This document shows positions 1 through 8,870 of a stretch of DNA of 42,949 nt, piece by piece. The stretch is from an uncultured Flavobacteriia bacterium (lineage in GTDB: Bacteria > Bacteroidota > Bacteroidia > Flavobacteriales_D > Crocinitomicaceae), in contig CAIYQV010000190.1 of assembly GCA_903928365.1 (NCBI GenBank), positions 1-42,949 of the forward strand, written 5' to 3'. Made by a program: the position numbers and the translations under genes. The notes under the pieces are model-generated. The model was not told where the DNA came from. It made no database searches and saw only the letters and a list, made by a program, of their open reading frames with translations. How positions within the stretch are numbered: the stretch's first letter is position 1; the number at the start of each line of letters is the position of its first letter.

Positions 1-573
1 CTACTCGAAACGAGTATTCGAAGAGGCGTTCGTGCCGCAATGGCCTTCGATCTGGGTGTACTTTTAAGTGACGTGGTTTATATTCTTATCGCTTATGTTT
101 TCTATTCAGAGGTTTCCTCCATCATCAGTGGCGAAAAGCAGGAATTGATCAAATTGATTGGCGGTATTCTTTTTTTGATCTACGGTGTTGTCAACTTTTT
201 TAAACGCCCAAAACAAGTTAAAGTAAACGAGGATGGTGATACGATTCATGGTGTGCGTGACTATGTTCTACTTGGCGTAAAAGGCTTTCTGCTCAATTTT
301 GCAAACCCGATGGTCATCTTTTACTGGTTCAGTGTGATCACGCTTGGAGCAAAAAATGAAGAGCCGGGAGAGCCTCGCTTCTATATTTTGTATTTTCTTT
401 TAACGATTCTTATTACCTTCTTTTCTTTTGATCTGCTGAAGATCTTTGGGGCCAAAATGCTCCGCCCACTCGTTACGGATCGTGTATTAATCGCGTTGAA
501 TCAATTGATAGGAATTGTTTTTGCCGGATTTGGAGTTTTCTTGATTTTGCAGGGACTTAAAGTTGCTATGTAA
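1..573 (+). CDS. LysE/RhtB-family amino-acid exporter, 5' end cut by window edge
   Basis: Frame 1 is open from base 1 (LLETSIRRGVRAAMAFDLGV...), so the ATG at 40 is probably internal. Multi-pass hydrophobic protein; segment FLLNFANPMVIFYWF resembles LysE-type translocators. Stop TAA 571-573. Confidence 0.7.
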   Translation, partial: LLETSIRRGVRAAMAFDLGVLLSDVVYILIAYVFYSEVSSIISGEKQELIKLIGGILFLIYGVVNFFKRPKQVKVNEDGDTIHGVRDYVLLGVKGFLLNFANPMVIFYWFSVITLGAKNEEPGEPRFYILYFLLTILITFFSFDLLKIFGAKMLRPLVTDRVLIALNQLIGIVFAGFGVFLILQGLKVAM

Positions 574-604
574 CCCAATTCGATCCGGTCATTATAGGAG
601 ATAA

Positions 605-2320
605 ATGAAAATGAAAACACTTTTTTTGTTCGGTTGCCTGTTGTTCGTTCTTCCTTCTTATGCACAGGAAGTTTTAAAAGAAAACCTGTCTGCCAAGACT
701 ACGCTGTACTGGGATTTTAATAAAACGCAGATTCAATCTTCAGGAGCTTATTACAAAGACGCTATTGAAACAACGGACCAAAAGCACGGTAAATGGACCT
801 ATTTCGATCGCTACGGACAATTGGAAGAAGAGCGAAATTACTATAAGGACATGCTTCATGGCAAAGTGTTGCTCTATTTTCCCAACAAAAAACTCAAACA
901 GGAAGGGTACTTTATTTTAGGTCGTCAGGACAGTATTTATCGTGAATTCTTTGAGAATGGTAAACTCGCCGTTGAAGGGTATTATAAAATGAACGAACCC
1001 ATCGGCAAATGGACTTACTATTACCTGAACGGCAAGGAAAAATCGGTGGAAGAATTAAAGGCAGGTGAAAGCAGGATCTTGTCTTTCTGGTTGCCAGACT
1101 CGCTTCATACACAAACGATCATTAATGGAAACGGTGAAATGGCCACCTATCACACAACAGGCACGGTGAAGGAATGGTACAATTTCAAAAACGGTTTGAA
1201 AGACGGTCCTTTTGAGGAGATCAGTGTGTATGGTTATACGACACTTAAAGGGTTTTTTAAACTAGGTGAAAAAGACAGTACATGGACCTATGCATACTAC
1301 ACGGGAGATACCGAGAAGATCAGCAATTATAAGGAAGGAAAACTCCACGGACCTTATACCTACTTCTATGATAATGGAAAAGTCAATGTAACTGGGTTTT
1401 ATGAGGAGGGTAAAAAATCCGGTAAATGGACGTGGTATACGAACAAGGAAACCAAAGATATGGAAGGCGAATTCAAGGACGATCTTCAAGATGGCGCCTG
1501 GACGTATTACTATCCTACAGGCGAACTTTCGTATAAAGCCCAGTATGAAAAAGGGTTGAAGTCTGGCCATTGGACCTATTTCTATAAAGACGGAAGTAAG
1601 TTTAAAGAAGGTGATTTCAAGGAAGACCAGAAAGAGGGCAAATGGGAGACTTGGTATGAGAATGGGAAATTGCTCATGACAGGTAATTACAAGAGTGGAA
1701 AAGAGGATGGAGAATGGCAGAATTTCTGGGATAACGGCAAACTAAAAAACAAATCAACTTTTAAAGAAGGTGTTTTAAATGGCGACTGGACTTCCGCTTA
1801 TCCAAATGGAACGATCAAACTCACCGGAAAATATGAAGATGGTTTTCAAGTGGGTGAATGGATGGAGTATTTTGAAAATGGCAAACCCAAAGACCTGATC
1901 ACCTATAAACTTTTTAAAGAAAAGTCGAAAGTGGATTATGGCATTATGAAGGACCGGGAGCGCGTCGAAAGTAAAAAAGACGGTCAGGCGATCTCTTATT
2001 CCGCAAAGGATTTTGGCAAAACGGAAGAAGGGACCTACAAGGAAGGTTTGAAAGAAGATGTATGGACGGCGTATTTCCCGGGAGGAAGAATTCCTGCGGT
2101 TGTTTCTTCCTTTAAGAAAGGTGAATTGGATGGCACCATGAAACAATACGACCGAAAAGGAAACCTGCTTCAGGAAATGGATTACAAAGAAGGCTTAAAA
2201 CACGGTCGTTTTATTGTTTATGATTCCAGAGGAAAAGTATTGGTTCAAAAAACCTTTGAAATGGGAGTGGAAGTCATCAAAGGACAAGAGAATAAACCAG
2301 GCTCCTTTTCACCAAGATAA
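605..2320 (+). CDS. Secreted MORN-repeat-variant (YwqK-like) repeat protein
   Basis: Signal peptide MKMKTLFLFGCLLFVLPSYAQ. More than 15 tandem ~23-aa units of the form G(K/E)W(T/E)xYYxNGKLxxEGxYKxGxxxG. Confidence 0.8.
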   Translation: MKMKTLFLFGCLLFVLPSYAQEVLKENLSAKTTLYWDFNKTQIQSSGAYYKDAIETTDQKHGKWTYFDRYGQLEEERNYYKDMLHGKVLLYFPNKKLKQEGYFILGRQDSIYREFFENGKLAVEGYYKMNEPIGKWTYYYLNGKEKSVEELKAGESRILSFWLPDSLHTQTIINGNGEMATYHTTGTVKEWYNFKNGLKDGPFEEISVYGYTTLKGFFKLGEKDSTWTYAYYTGDTEKISNYKEGKLHGPYTYFYDNGKVNVTGFYEEGKKSGKWTWYTNKETKDMEGEFKDDLQDGAWTYYYPTGELSYKAQYEKGLKSGHWTYFYKDGSKFKEGDFKEDQKEGKWETWYENGKLLMTGNYKSGKEDGEWQNFWDNGKLKNKSTFKEGVLNGDWTSAYPNGTIKLTGKYEDGFQVGEWMEYFENGKPKDLITYKLFKEKSKVDYGIMKDRERVESKKDGQAISYSAKDFGKTEEGTYKEGLKEDVWTAYFPGGRIPAVVSSFKKGELDGTMKQYDRKGNLLQEMDYKEGLKHGRFIVYDSRGKVLVQKTFEMGVEVIKGQENKPGSFSPR

Positions 2321-2321
2321 T

Positions 2322-2912
2322 TCAGAACAAGGCTTGTAGGTTGGTCGTAAATAGTTTGATCGCGATGGCAAGGAGAATGATTCCGAACACTTTTTTTATG
2401 ATCGCAATTCCTCCTTCTCCCAGAAGGTTTTCAATGCGCCGTGTCAGTTTCAATACCGCAAACACAATGAGCACATTGACGATGATCGCAAGAACGATGT
2501 TGATTTCCTGATATTCTGCTTTTAGGGAAACCAATGTGGTCATAGTGCCCGCTCCAGCAATGATCGGAAAAGCCAGCGGAACGACACTTGCCGTTTTACC
2601 CGTAACCTGATCACGAAAGACTTTTACCCCCAGAATCATTTCCAGTGCCATGGCAAACAGGATTAGCGATCCTGCAACAGCAAAAGATTCAATAGTTACA
2701 CCGAACAGGTTCAGAATGCTTTCCCCAAGGATCAGGAATCCTACCATAATGAAAAATGAAACGACACTTGTTCGGGCTGCATGTATCTCGCCGGCAGTTT
2801 CTTTGATCTTGATGATAATAGGAATGGACCCTACAACGTCGATCACCGCAAAAAGTACGGTGCCTGCTTTAAAGAGCTCCACCCAACTGAAAGAGGTAAA
2901 AAAATCAAGCAT
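2322..2912 (-). CDS. MarC family (UPF0056) integral membrane protein
   Basis: 196 aa, about 6 hydrophobic helices, segments VVGSIPIIIKI and PLAFPIIAGAGTMTT typical of MarC-like proteins. Its ATG overlaps the purN stop by 8 nt. Confidence 0.75.
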   Translation of the reverse strand: MLDFFTSFSWVELFKAGTVLFAVIDVVGSIPIIIKIKETAGEIHAARTSVVSFFIMVGFLILGESILNLFGVTIESFAVAGSLILFAMALEMILGVKVFRDQVTGKTASVVPLAFPIIAGAGTMTTLVSLKAEYQEINIVLAIIVNVLIVFAVLKLTRRIENLLGEGGIAIIKKVFGIILLAIAIKLFTTNLQALF

Positions 2913-3486
2913 GTAAATCTTTAATTGTTTGTTCGATCATTTTTGGAAAATTCGCCCGCTCAAGCGCAGAGATCTTTTCTTTTAAAGACTCGGGTGTTTC
3001 GTTTATTTCAACTTGGCAACTCACCTGACCAATGATCTCACCCTCATCGTAGGCAGCATTCACATAATGAACGGTTATTCCAGTTTCTTTTTCTCCTGAT
3101 GCAATGACTGCCTGATGCACGCGATCGCCGTACATTCCTTTTCCACCAAATTTAGGCAAAAGAGAAGGGTGAATGTTGATGATTCGTTTGTCGTATGCTC
3201 TCGCAAATTCGGCAGGGATCATTCTAAGGTAGCCGGCCAGAATGATCCGATCAACTTGTTTTTCTGAACATAAGTGGACGAGAAATTCGCTATTTGCAGC
3301 TTCATCATTGCTGATTACTTGCACAGGAACTTTATAATCACCCGCATGAGCGATTACTCCTGCAGATGAATTATTTGTGACGATAACAGCTACCTCTGCC
3401 TGGGCATGACCTTTGAAATAACGCATGATATTTACCGCGTTTGAACCCTGTCCGGAGGCAAAAATGGCTAACCTGTGCTTATTCAT
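2905..3486 (-). CDS. purN: Phosphoribosylglycinamide formyltransferase
   Basis: Start moved to ATG 3486 (MNKHRLAIFASGQGSNAVNI), which matches the usual PurN N-terminus. Motifs ILAGYLRMIP, NIHPSLLPKFGG, TGITVHYV. Confidence 0.9.
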   Translation of the reverse strand: MNKHRLAIFASGQGSNAVNIMRYFKGHAQAEVAVIVTNNSSAGVIAHAGDYKVPVQVISNDEAANSEFLVHLCSEKQVDRIILAGYLRMIPAEFARAYDKRIINIHPSLLPKFGGKGMYGDRVHQAVIASGEKETGITVHYVNAAYDEGEIIGQVSCQVEINETPESLKEKISALERANFPKMIEQTIKDLHA

Positions 3487-3586
3487 AGCGCGAAGGTACA
3501 AAGTATAAGTTGATGGCATTTGAAATTGAAGATTTTCGAACTTCCGTATTTTCAAGCATTTCACCGATTGGAATTAAGTCAACAAA

Positions 3587-3594
3587 TAATTTTG
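3587..3594 (+). promoter_or_regulatory. Bacteroidota -7 box TAATTTTG (TAnnTTTG) upstream of acpP
   Basis: Exact match to TAnnTTTG 57 nt upstream of the acpP ATG. A TTG at 3568-3570 could be the -33 element, though the spacing is slightly short. Confidence 0.4.
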
Positions 3595-3650
3595 ATATTT
3601 AAACCATTGTTTTTTTCTTTGCAGCCTGATTAACCCTTAAAACAAAAGAA

Positions 3651-3887
3651 ATGTCTGACATTAAATCAAAAGTAATCTCTATCATCGTAGATAAACTTGG
3701 AGTTGAAGAAACTGAAGTAACTAACGAAGCGTCTTTCACAAACGACTTGGGAGCTGATTCACTTGACACAGTAGAATTGATCATGGAATTCGAAAAAGAA
3801 TTCAATATCGCAATTCCAGATGATCAGGCTGAAAACATTCAGACAGTAGGTGACGCGATCTCTTACATTGAGCAACACGCGAACTAA
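3651..3887 (+). CDS. acpP: Acyl carrier protein
   Basis: 78 aa, phosphopantetheine attachment motif [17 protein letters not shown]. Confidence 0.97.
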   Translation: MSDIKSKVISIIVDKLGVEETEVTNEASFTNDLGADSLDTVELIMEFEKEFNIAIPDDQAENIQTVGDAISYIEQHAN

Positions 3888-3925
3888 TTCAAAAAGATTC
3901 GTATTTTAGAGCAAAGTATTTCTCT

Positions 3926-5179
3926 ATGGAATTAAAACGAGTTGTTGTAACAGGAATGGGTGCGCTTACCCCGATCGGCAATACGCTGAACGAATATTGG
4001 GAAGCCTTACTTAACGGTAAAAGCGGAGCAGCGCCAATCCAGCAATTCGATGCATCTTTGTTCAAAACGCAGTTTGCGTGTGAAGTCAAGAACTTCAATG
4101 CGGAAGACTTCATTGACAGGAAAGAAGCTCGCAAACTAGACCAATTTTCGCAGTACGCCCTGGTTTCCGCTTCGGAAGCCATGGCCGATGCTGCGTTGAT
4201 GGAGTCCAATCCAAACGTAGATCGCATCGGTGTGATCTGGGGTTCTGGAATCGGTGGACTCAAAACATTTCAGGATGAAGCACAGAACTTTTTCAGTGGT
4301 GACGGAACACCGCGCTTCAATCCATTCTTTATTCCGAAAATGATCGCAGATATCGCTGCGGGGCATATTTCAATCAAATTCGGATTACGTGGACCAAACT
4401 ACGTGACTGTTTCTGCTTGTGCATCGTCGACGAATGCGATTATCGATGCGTTCAACTTGATTCGATTGGGTAAAGCGGATGCCATCGTTACAGGTGGTTC
4501 TGAAGCGGCCGTGAATGAAATGGGTATGGGAGGATTCAATGCGTTGAAGGCCCTTTCTACCAGAAATGATTCTCCTGAAACTGCTTCTCGTCCGTTTGAT
4601 GTGGACAGAGATGGTTTTGTACTCGGTGAAGGAGGCGGCGCACTTATTCTTGAAGAGTACGAGCATGCGGTAAAACGTGGGGCAAAGATCTATGCTGAAG
4701 TCATCGGCGGAGGAATGTCAGGCGATGCTTATCACATGACTGCACCACACCCAGAGGGTCTCGGCGCTAAGAATACCATGATCGCTGCCCTGGAAGACGC
4801 AGGTATTGATCCTTCAGAAATCGATTATGTGAACGTGCATGGTACATCTACTCCTTTAGGGGATGTGGCCGAAGTAAAAGCCATTCAGCAAGTATTCGGT
4901 GAGCACGCGTACAATTTGAACATCAGTTCAACTAAGTCTATGACTGGTCACTTGTTGGGAGCTGCCGGTGCGATTGAAGCTATCGCTTGTGTGTTGGCAG
5001 TGCAAAATGACATTGTACCTCCAACGATCAACCATTTTACAGATGATCCCGAATTGGACAACAAATTGAATTTCACGTTCAATAAAGCCCAAAAACGTAC
5101 AGTAAATGTGGCCCTTTCCAATACTTTTGGTTTTGGTGGACACAATACGAGCGTTATCGTTAGAAAATTTAAAGGTTAA
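3926..5179 (+). CDS. fabF: Beta-ketoacyl-ACP synthase II
   Basis: 417 aa. Active-site Cys context SACASS, His motifs YHMTAPHP and NVHGTSTPLGD, C-terminal NTFGFGGHN. Directly downstream of acpP. Confidence 0.97.
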   Translation: MELKRVVVTGMGALTPIGNTLNEYWEALLNGKSGAAPIQQFDASLFKTQFACEVKNFNAEDFIDRKEARKLDQFSQYALVSASEAMADAALMESNPNVDRIGVIWGSGIGGLKTFQDEAQNFFSGDGTPRFNPFFIPKMIADIAAGHISIKFGLRGPNYVTVSACASSTNAIIDAFNLIRLGKADAIVTGGSEAAVNEMGMGGFNALKALSTRNDSPETASRPFDVDRDGFVLGEGGGALILEEYEHAVKRGAKIYAEVIGGGMSGDAYHMTAPHPEGLGAKNTMIAALEDAGIDPSEIDYVNVHGTSTPLGDVAEVKAIQQVFGEHAYNLNISSTKSMTGHLLGAAGAIEAIACVLAVQNDIVPPTINHFTDDPELDNKLNFTFNKAQKRTVNVALSNTFGFGGHNTSVIVRKFKG

Positions 5180-5184
5180 TCCTT

Positions 5185-5898
5185 CTGAAATTTCCGTTTT
5201 TTAAATCAGGCAGATCATCGGATGAACTGGAACTAATCTCGTTCATTCAAAACAGGTTCGGCTATCGTCCCAGGCAGATTTCCTTTTTTGAACGCGCTGT
5301 AACGCATCGCTCACTCAATCATGCCGAAAAGGATGTATCTAATGAGCGGTTGGAGTACCTGGGGGATGCCATTCTGGATGCTGTTATTGCAGAGTACCTT
5401 TACCATCGTTTTCCTGAGGAAGATGAAGGATATCTTACGAAGATCAAATCGAAAGTGGTTAGCCGTAAAACCTTGGGTGAAATTGCTGAAGCAATGGAAC
5501 TTCGAAACGTTATCCGTTATCAGAAAGGTAGAAGTATCAATCTTTCTACATTAGAAGGGAATGCATTTGAGGCAATTATGGGAGCTATTTACCTCGATGG
5601 TGGATTCATAGCAGTAAAAGACAGCATCCATAACCATATTTTCCGTAAGTACGTCGATCTGAACCGTATCCTGGAGGAAGAGATTGATTTTAAGTCCCGC
5701 CTTTTTATCTGGAGTCAGAAAAAAAGACTCAAGCTTGAATTTGAGGTGATTTCCGAAGAAAACCTCGGAAGTACGTGGAACTATACCATTTTAGCCATCA
5801 TCAATGGAACAAGTTATGGACGTGGCTCCGGTTCCTCTAAAAAAATGGCCGAACAAGCCGCATCCAAGCAGACGCTTGAGCTGATGGGTGAGATATAA
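5185..5898 (+). CDS. rnc: Ribonuclease III (start codon uncertain, apparently non-canonical)
   Basis: RNase III signature ERLEYLGDAILD and C-terminal dsRBD (GSGSSKKMAEQAASKQTLE). The conserved N-terminal part (FFERAVTHRSL) lies upstream of the first ATG/GTG/TTG in the frame (TTG 5350). Start provisionally placed at CTG 5185. Confidence 0.8.
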   Translation: MKFPFFKSGRSSDELELISFIQNRFGYRPRQISFFERAVTHRSLNHAEKDVSNERLEYLGDAILDAVIAEYLYHRFPEEDEGYLTKIKSKVVSRKTLGEIAEAMELRNVIRYQKGRSINLSTLEGNAFEAIMGAIYLDGGFIAVKDSIHNHIFRKYVDLNRILEEEIDFKSRLFIWSQKKRLKLEFEVISEENLGSTWNYTILAIINGTSYGRGSGSSKKMAEQAASKQTLELMGEI

Positions 5899-5959
5899 TC
5901 GTAAGCTTGTATTTTCTGACAATTTTGCGTATCTTCAAGTAAACCTATCCTGATACAAC

Positions 5960-6316
5960 ATGACAACGCAAGACTTGGGTAAACTTGGAGAGAGTTTAGC
6001 CGAAAATTATTTATCACTGAAAGGATTTCAAATCATTGATCGAAATGTGCGGTTTAAAAAGTGGGAAGTTGATCTGATAGCCGAACACACCGACAAAATC
6101 ATTATGATCGAAGTAAAAGCCCGTCAAACAGGTGTGATCGGCGAACCATGGCGTGCCGTAACACGTGCCAAACAACGTCAGATCATAAAAGTAGCGGATC
6201 ATTACATAAAGCAACGCGGTATGGAAAAGGAAGTGCGCTTCGACATAGTGTCCATAATTCATCATTCTTATGGTACACATATCGAGCATATTCCGGATGC
6301 TTTTTACCCCTGTTAA
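5960..6316 (+). CDS. yraN: YraN-family (UPF0102) endonuclease-like protein
   Basis: 118 aa. LGKLGESLAENYLSLKGFQIIDRNVRFKKWEVDLIA...IEVKAR matches the YraN family pattern. Confidence 0.8.
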   Translation: MTTQDLGKLGESLAENYLSLKGFQIIDRNVRFKKWEVDLIAEHTDKIIMIEVKARQTGVIGEPWRAVTRAKQRQIIKVADHYIKQRGMEKEVRFDIVSIIHHSYGTHIEHIPDAFYPC

Positions 6317-6363
6317 TTGAAAATCATGAAATAACGTATCTTTGTATTCAAATTCTGCTCGTG

Positions 6364-7305
6364 ATGAACACAAGAAAAAATGGAGATAAACCTTCCGCAT
6401 CTAAAGGAAGAGCCTCCGATAAAAAAAGACCGGTAACCGGAAAAGGAACAAAACCTGCGAAGTCAGCAATAGCTCCTAAGGCGGGTACAGCAAAGCCTCA
6501 GACTGAAAAAAAGGTTAGCGCAAGAGACAAGCGCAAATACATTGACTTCAAAGAAAAAGTAAAAAAAGGGGACCCACTTCCGTCTTTCAATGAGGAAGAA
6601 GTACGTCTGAACAAATACCTTTCAAATGCGGGAGTTTGCTCTCGAAGAGAAGCCGATGTGTTGATACAAACAGGTGTCATTTCGGTGAATGGAACAATCG
6701 TCACGGAGTTAGGTTTTAAGATCAAGCCTGGAGACGTAGTTCAATATGATGGAGAAACGATCAATGCCGAAACGAAACGATATGTATTATTGAATAAACC
6801 AAAAGGCTTTATCACCACAATGGATGATCCATTCGGACGAAAAACAGTCATGTCATTGGTTAGAAAAGCGTGCCGTGAACGTGTGTATCCTGTCGGAAGG
6901 CTGGATAGAGACACAACAGGATTATTGTTGTTTACCAACGACGGTGATATGGCCAAAAAATTAACGCACCCAAGATATAAGGCCTCCAAAATCTACCATG
7001 TAGAATTAAACAAGGCGGTCTCAAGAGAAGATATGGAAAAACTCTTAAAGGGAGTGGATCTCGAAGATGGAAAAACGCAGGTAGATGTAGCAGAATATGT
7101 GAAAGAAGGCAGTGCCCGAGAAGTGGGGGTTGAATTGCATTCCGGAAAGAACAGGATTGTTCGACGTTTGTTTGAATCACTGGGTTACGAAGTGATCAAG
7201 CTGGACAGAGTGCAGTTTTCCGGATTAACCAAAAAAGATCTTCCACGCGGCATGTTTCGTCATTTAACAGAAAAGGAGGTTGCATTTTTAAAGATGTCAT
7301 CATGA
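6364..7305 (+). CDS. rluB: Pseudouridine synthase, RsuA/RluB family
   Basis: ATG 6364 chosen because the ORF-track start at 6148 overlaps yraN. S4 domain RLNKYLSNAGVCSRREAD, catalytic motif GRLDRDTTGLLLFTNDG. About 85-aa Lys-rich N-terminal extension. Confidence 0.85.
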   Translation: MNTRKNGDKPSASKGRASDKKRPVTGKGTKPAKSAIAPKAGTAKPQTEKKVSARDKRKYIDFKEKVKKGDPLPSFNEEEVRLNKYLSNAGVCSRREADVLIQTGVISVNGTIVTELGFKIKPGDVVQYDGETINAETKRYVLLNKPKGFITTMDDPFGRKTVMSLVRKACRERVYPVGRLDRDTTGLLLFTNDGDMAKKLTHPRYKASKIYHVELNKAVSREDMEKLLKGVDLEDGKTQVDVAEYVKEGSAREVGVELHSGKNRIVRRLFESLGYEVIKLDRVQFSGLTKKDLPRGMFRHLTEKEVAFLKMSS

Positions 7306-7991
7306 GAATACTTAGTGCACTCATCGTTGGTTTAATTCTTTTGGGTTCGTGTGGTAAAGAAAGTACGCCGGTTTCGGTAAACCCATACTCCTCTTATTTT
7401 TATGCGTATGATTCGATTCCCAAGATCTATCTTTTTAGAGATGTTGCACATGGACTGGACGAACAATACCACCGTATCTATGGGGTAAAGGATTCAAAAG
7501 GAGATCATATTGTAGTAGAGATCTACGCGGCGGATGGAAGGATTATAGAAGCCATGAATTACAACGTTGATTCTCTTGATGTGATGGACCACATGGTGGT
7601 CAACAGATCACAGGAAAAGACAAAGGCAGAACTTTTTAAGAATCGACTGATTCCAATGAATGGTAATGAAGAAGCCTATTTTGCAAGTCGTTTTCAGGGC
7701 TTCTTAGATTCCACGCTGATTCTAAAGGAGGTGAGAAGAAAGATACATGGTAATGAAACCACCTGTAAGGTGCTTGAAGAGGAGCTTCCGGCTCTTAGAA
7801 TGGATGATAAAATTAGATTAACGAATTTCAATCCGTTCACAAAAAAAGAAACTGTTATGGAAGGTCAGGCGGTGAATTTCTTTGCGAAAGGCTACGGATT
7901 GGTGGAATGGTATACGCCTAATAAAAAAGTACATTACCGTTTAGAAAAGGTCATGGATCAACAGGAATGGCTTAAGATCATTACCCGATGA
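7302..7991 (+). CDS. Hypothetical lipoprotein
   Basis: Lipobox LLGSC followed by GK. ATGA overlap with the rluB stop. No domain recognised. Confidence 0.6.
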   Translation: MRILSALIVGLILLGSCGKESTPVSVNPYSSYFYAYDSIPKIYLFRDVAHGLDEQYHRIYGVKDSKGDHIVVEIYAADGRIIEAMNYNVDSLDVMDHMVVNRSQEKTKAELFKNRLIPMNGNEEAYFASRFQGFLDSTLILKEVRRKIHGNETTCKVLEEELPALRMDDKIRLTNFNPFTKKETVMEGQAVNFFAKGYGLVEWYTPNKKVHYRLEKVMDQQEWLKIITR

Positions 7992-8866
7992 AACACCTTA
8001 TCGTATATGTTCTATTAACGCTATTGCTTCCTGCCGGCATATCTGCTCAGTCTCATAAGCGAAAGCCAAAAGTTTCCTTTTCTAAAGGAACTTTTTTTGG
8101 TTACTATGGCTACAACCGCTCTTGGTACGGAAACAGCACGATCAACTTTTCGGGTCCGGGATATCAGTTCTCTATGAAAGGGGCAGCTGCTCATGATGAT
8201 CATTTTTCTTTAGATCCCGGACAACAATTGAATCCATTAAGGGCAACAGCTGGTCAATACAATGTGAGACTGGGATACTATATTAAAAATCATTATGCCG
8301 TTTCGTTAGGCTATGACAAGCTGAAATATGTATTGCAGGATGGTGATCAGGTGCTATTTACCGGTCAACTGAATTCAGGTGTAGATTCTGTTTCTAACTG
8401 GAACGGAGCGTACACCAATGAACCTGTTTTAATAAATCAGTCTACGTTTAATTATTCGAATTCTGGATTGAATTACGTGCGATTGGAATTCAGTCGCTCG
8501 GATCAATGGCTTGCAGCAGGTAGCCAACAACAGATCGTTCTTTCCTCGGTTGTTGGTATTGGAGTAGGTGGATTAGTTTCTGACAATACCTTTTTATTCG
8601 CGGGAAAGCAAGATGAGAAACTTCGTTCTTTTTCTGGTTTTGCTGCTTCTGCTCATGCCGGAATTCGACTTGAATTTTTCAAGCACCTGTTTATCCAGTC
8701 CAATTTTAGTGGAGGGATCATGGGTCAATCTCATGTAAGAACCAGGGCCAACGACCCTAACGCATTTGCAGATCAGCATTTCGGATATATGCAATTTGAC
8801 ACCAATTTAGGGTTCCTATTATATATCCGCCCTACCAATAATTGTAATACCTGCCCTGTCTGGTAG
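7988..8866 (+). CDS. Hypothetical outer-membrane beta-barrel protein
   Basis: Signal peptide ending AGISAQ. Alternating Gly/aromatic-rich strand pattern, terminal Trp, unusual C-terminal NNCNTCPVW. ATGA overlap with the upstream lipoprotein gene. Confidence 0.55.
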   Translation: MKHLIVYVLLTLLLPAGISAQSHKRKPKVSFSKGTFFGYYGYNRSWYGNSTINFSGPGYQFSMKGAAAHDDHFSLDPGQQLNPLRATAGQYNVRLGYYIKNHYAVSLGYDKLKYVLQDGDQVLFTGQLNSGVDSVSNWNGAYTNEPVLINQSTFNYSNSGLNYVRLEFSRSDQWLAAGSQQQIVLSSVVGIGVGGLVSDNTFLFAGKQDEKLRSFSGFAASAHAGIRLEFFKHLFIQSNFSGGIMGQSHVRTRANDPNAFADQHFGYMQFDTNLGFLLYIRPTNNCNTCPVW

Positions 8867-8870
8867 GCAA

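Noticed and set aside
605-2320. MORN/YwqK-like repeat protein considered as the antitoxin of a toxin-antitoxin or polymorphic-toxin locus.
   Set aside because: There is no adjacent toxin-like gene. The protein has a signal peptide and is far larger than YwqK antitoxins, so it is more likely a periplasmic or surface repeat protein.
6148-6363. ORF-track N-terminal extension of the pseudouridine synthase gene overlapping yraN. Similar 5' extensions occur on purN (to 3564), the HAD gene (to 15208), the SprB-repeat gene (to 16945), leuS (from 20402), the DUF3108 gene (from 23375), lepA (to 27014), ftsX (from 27212) and truB (from 29192).
   Set aside because: In every case an internal ATG reproduces the expected family N-terminus or a signal peptide. 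The extension either overlaps a neighbouring gene or promoter, or encodes junk-like sequence.
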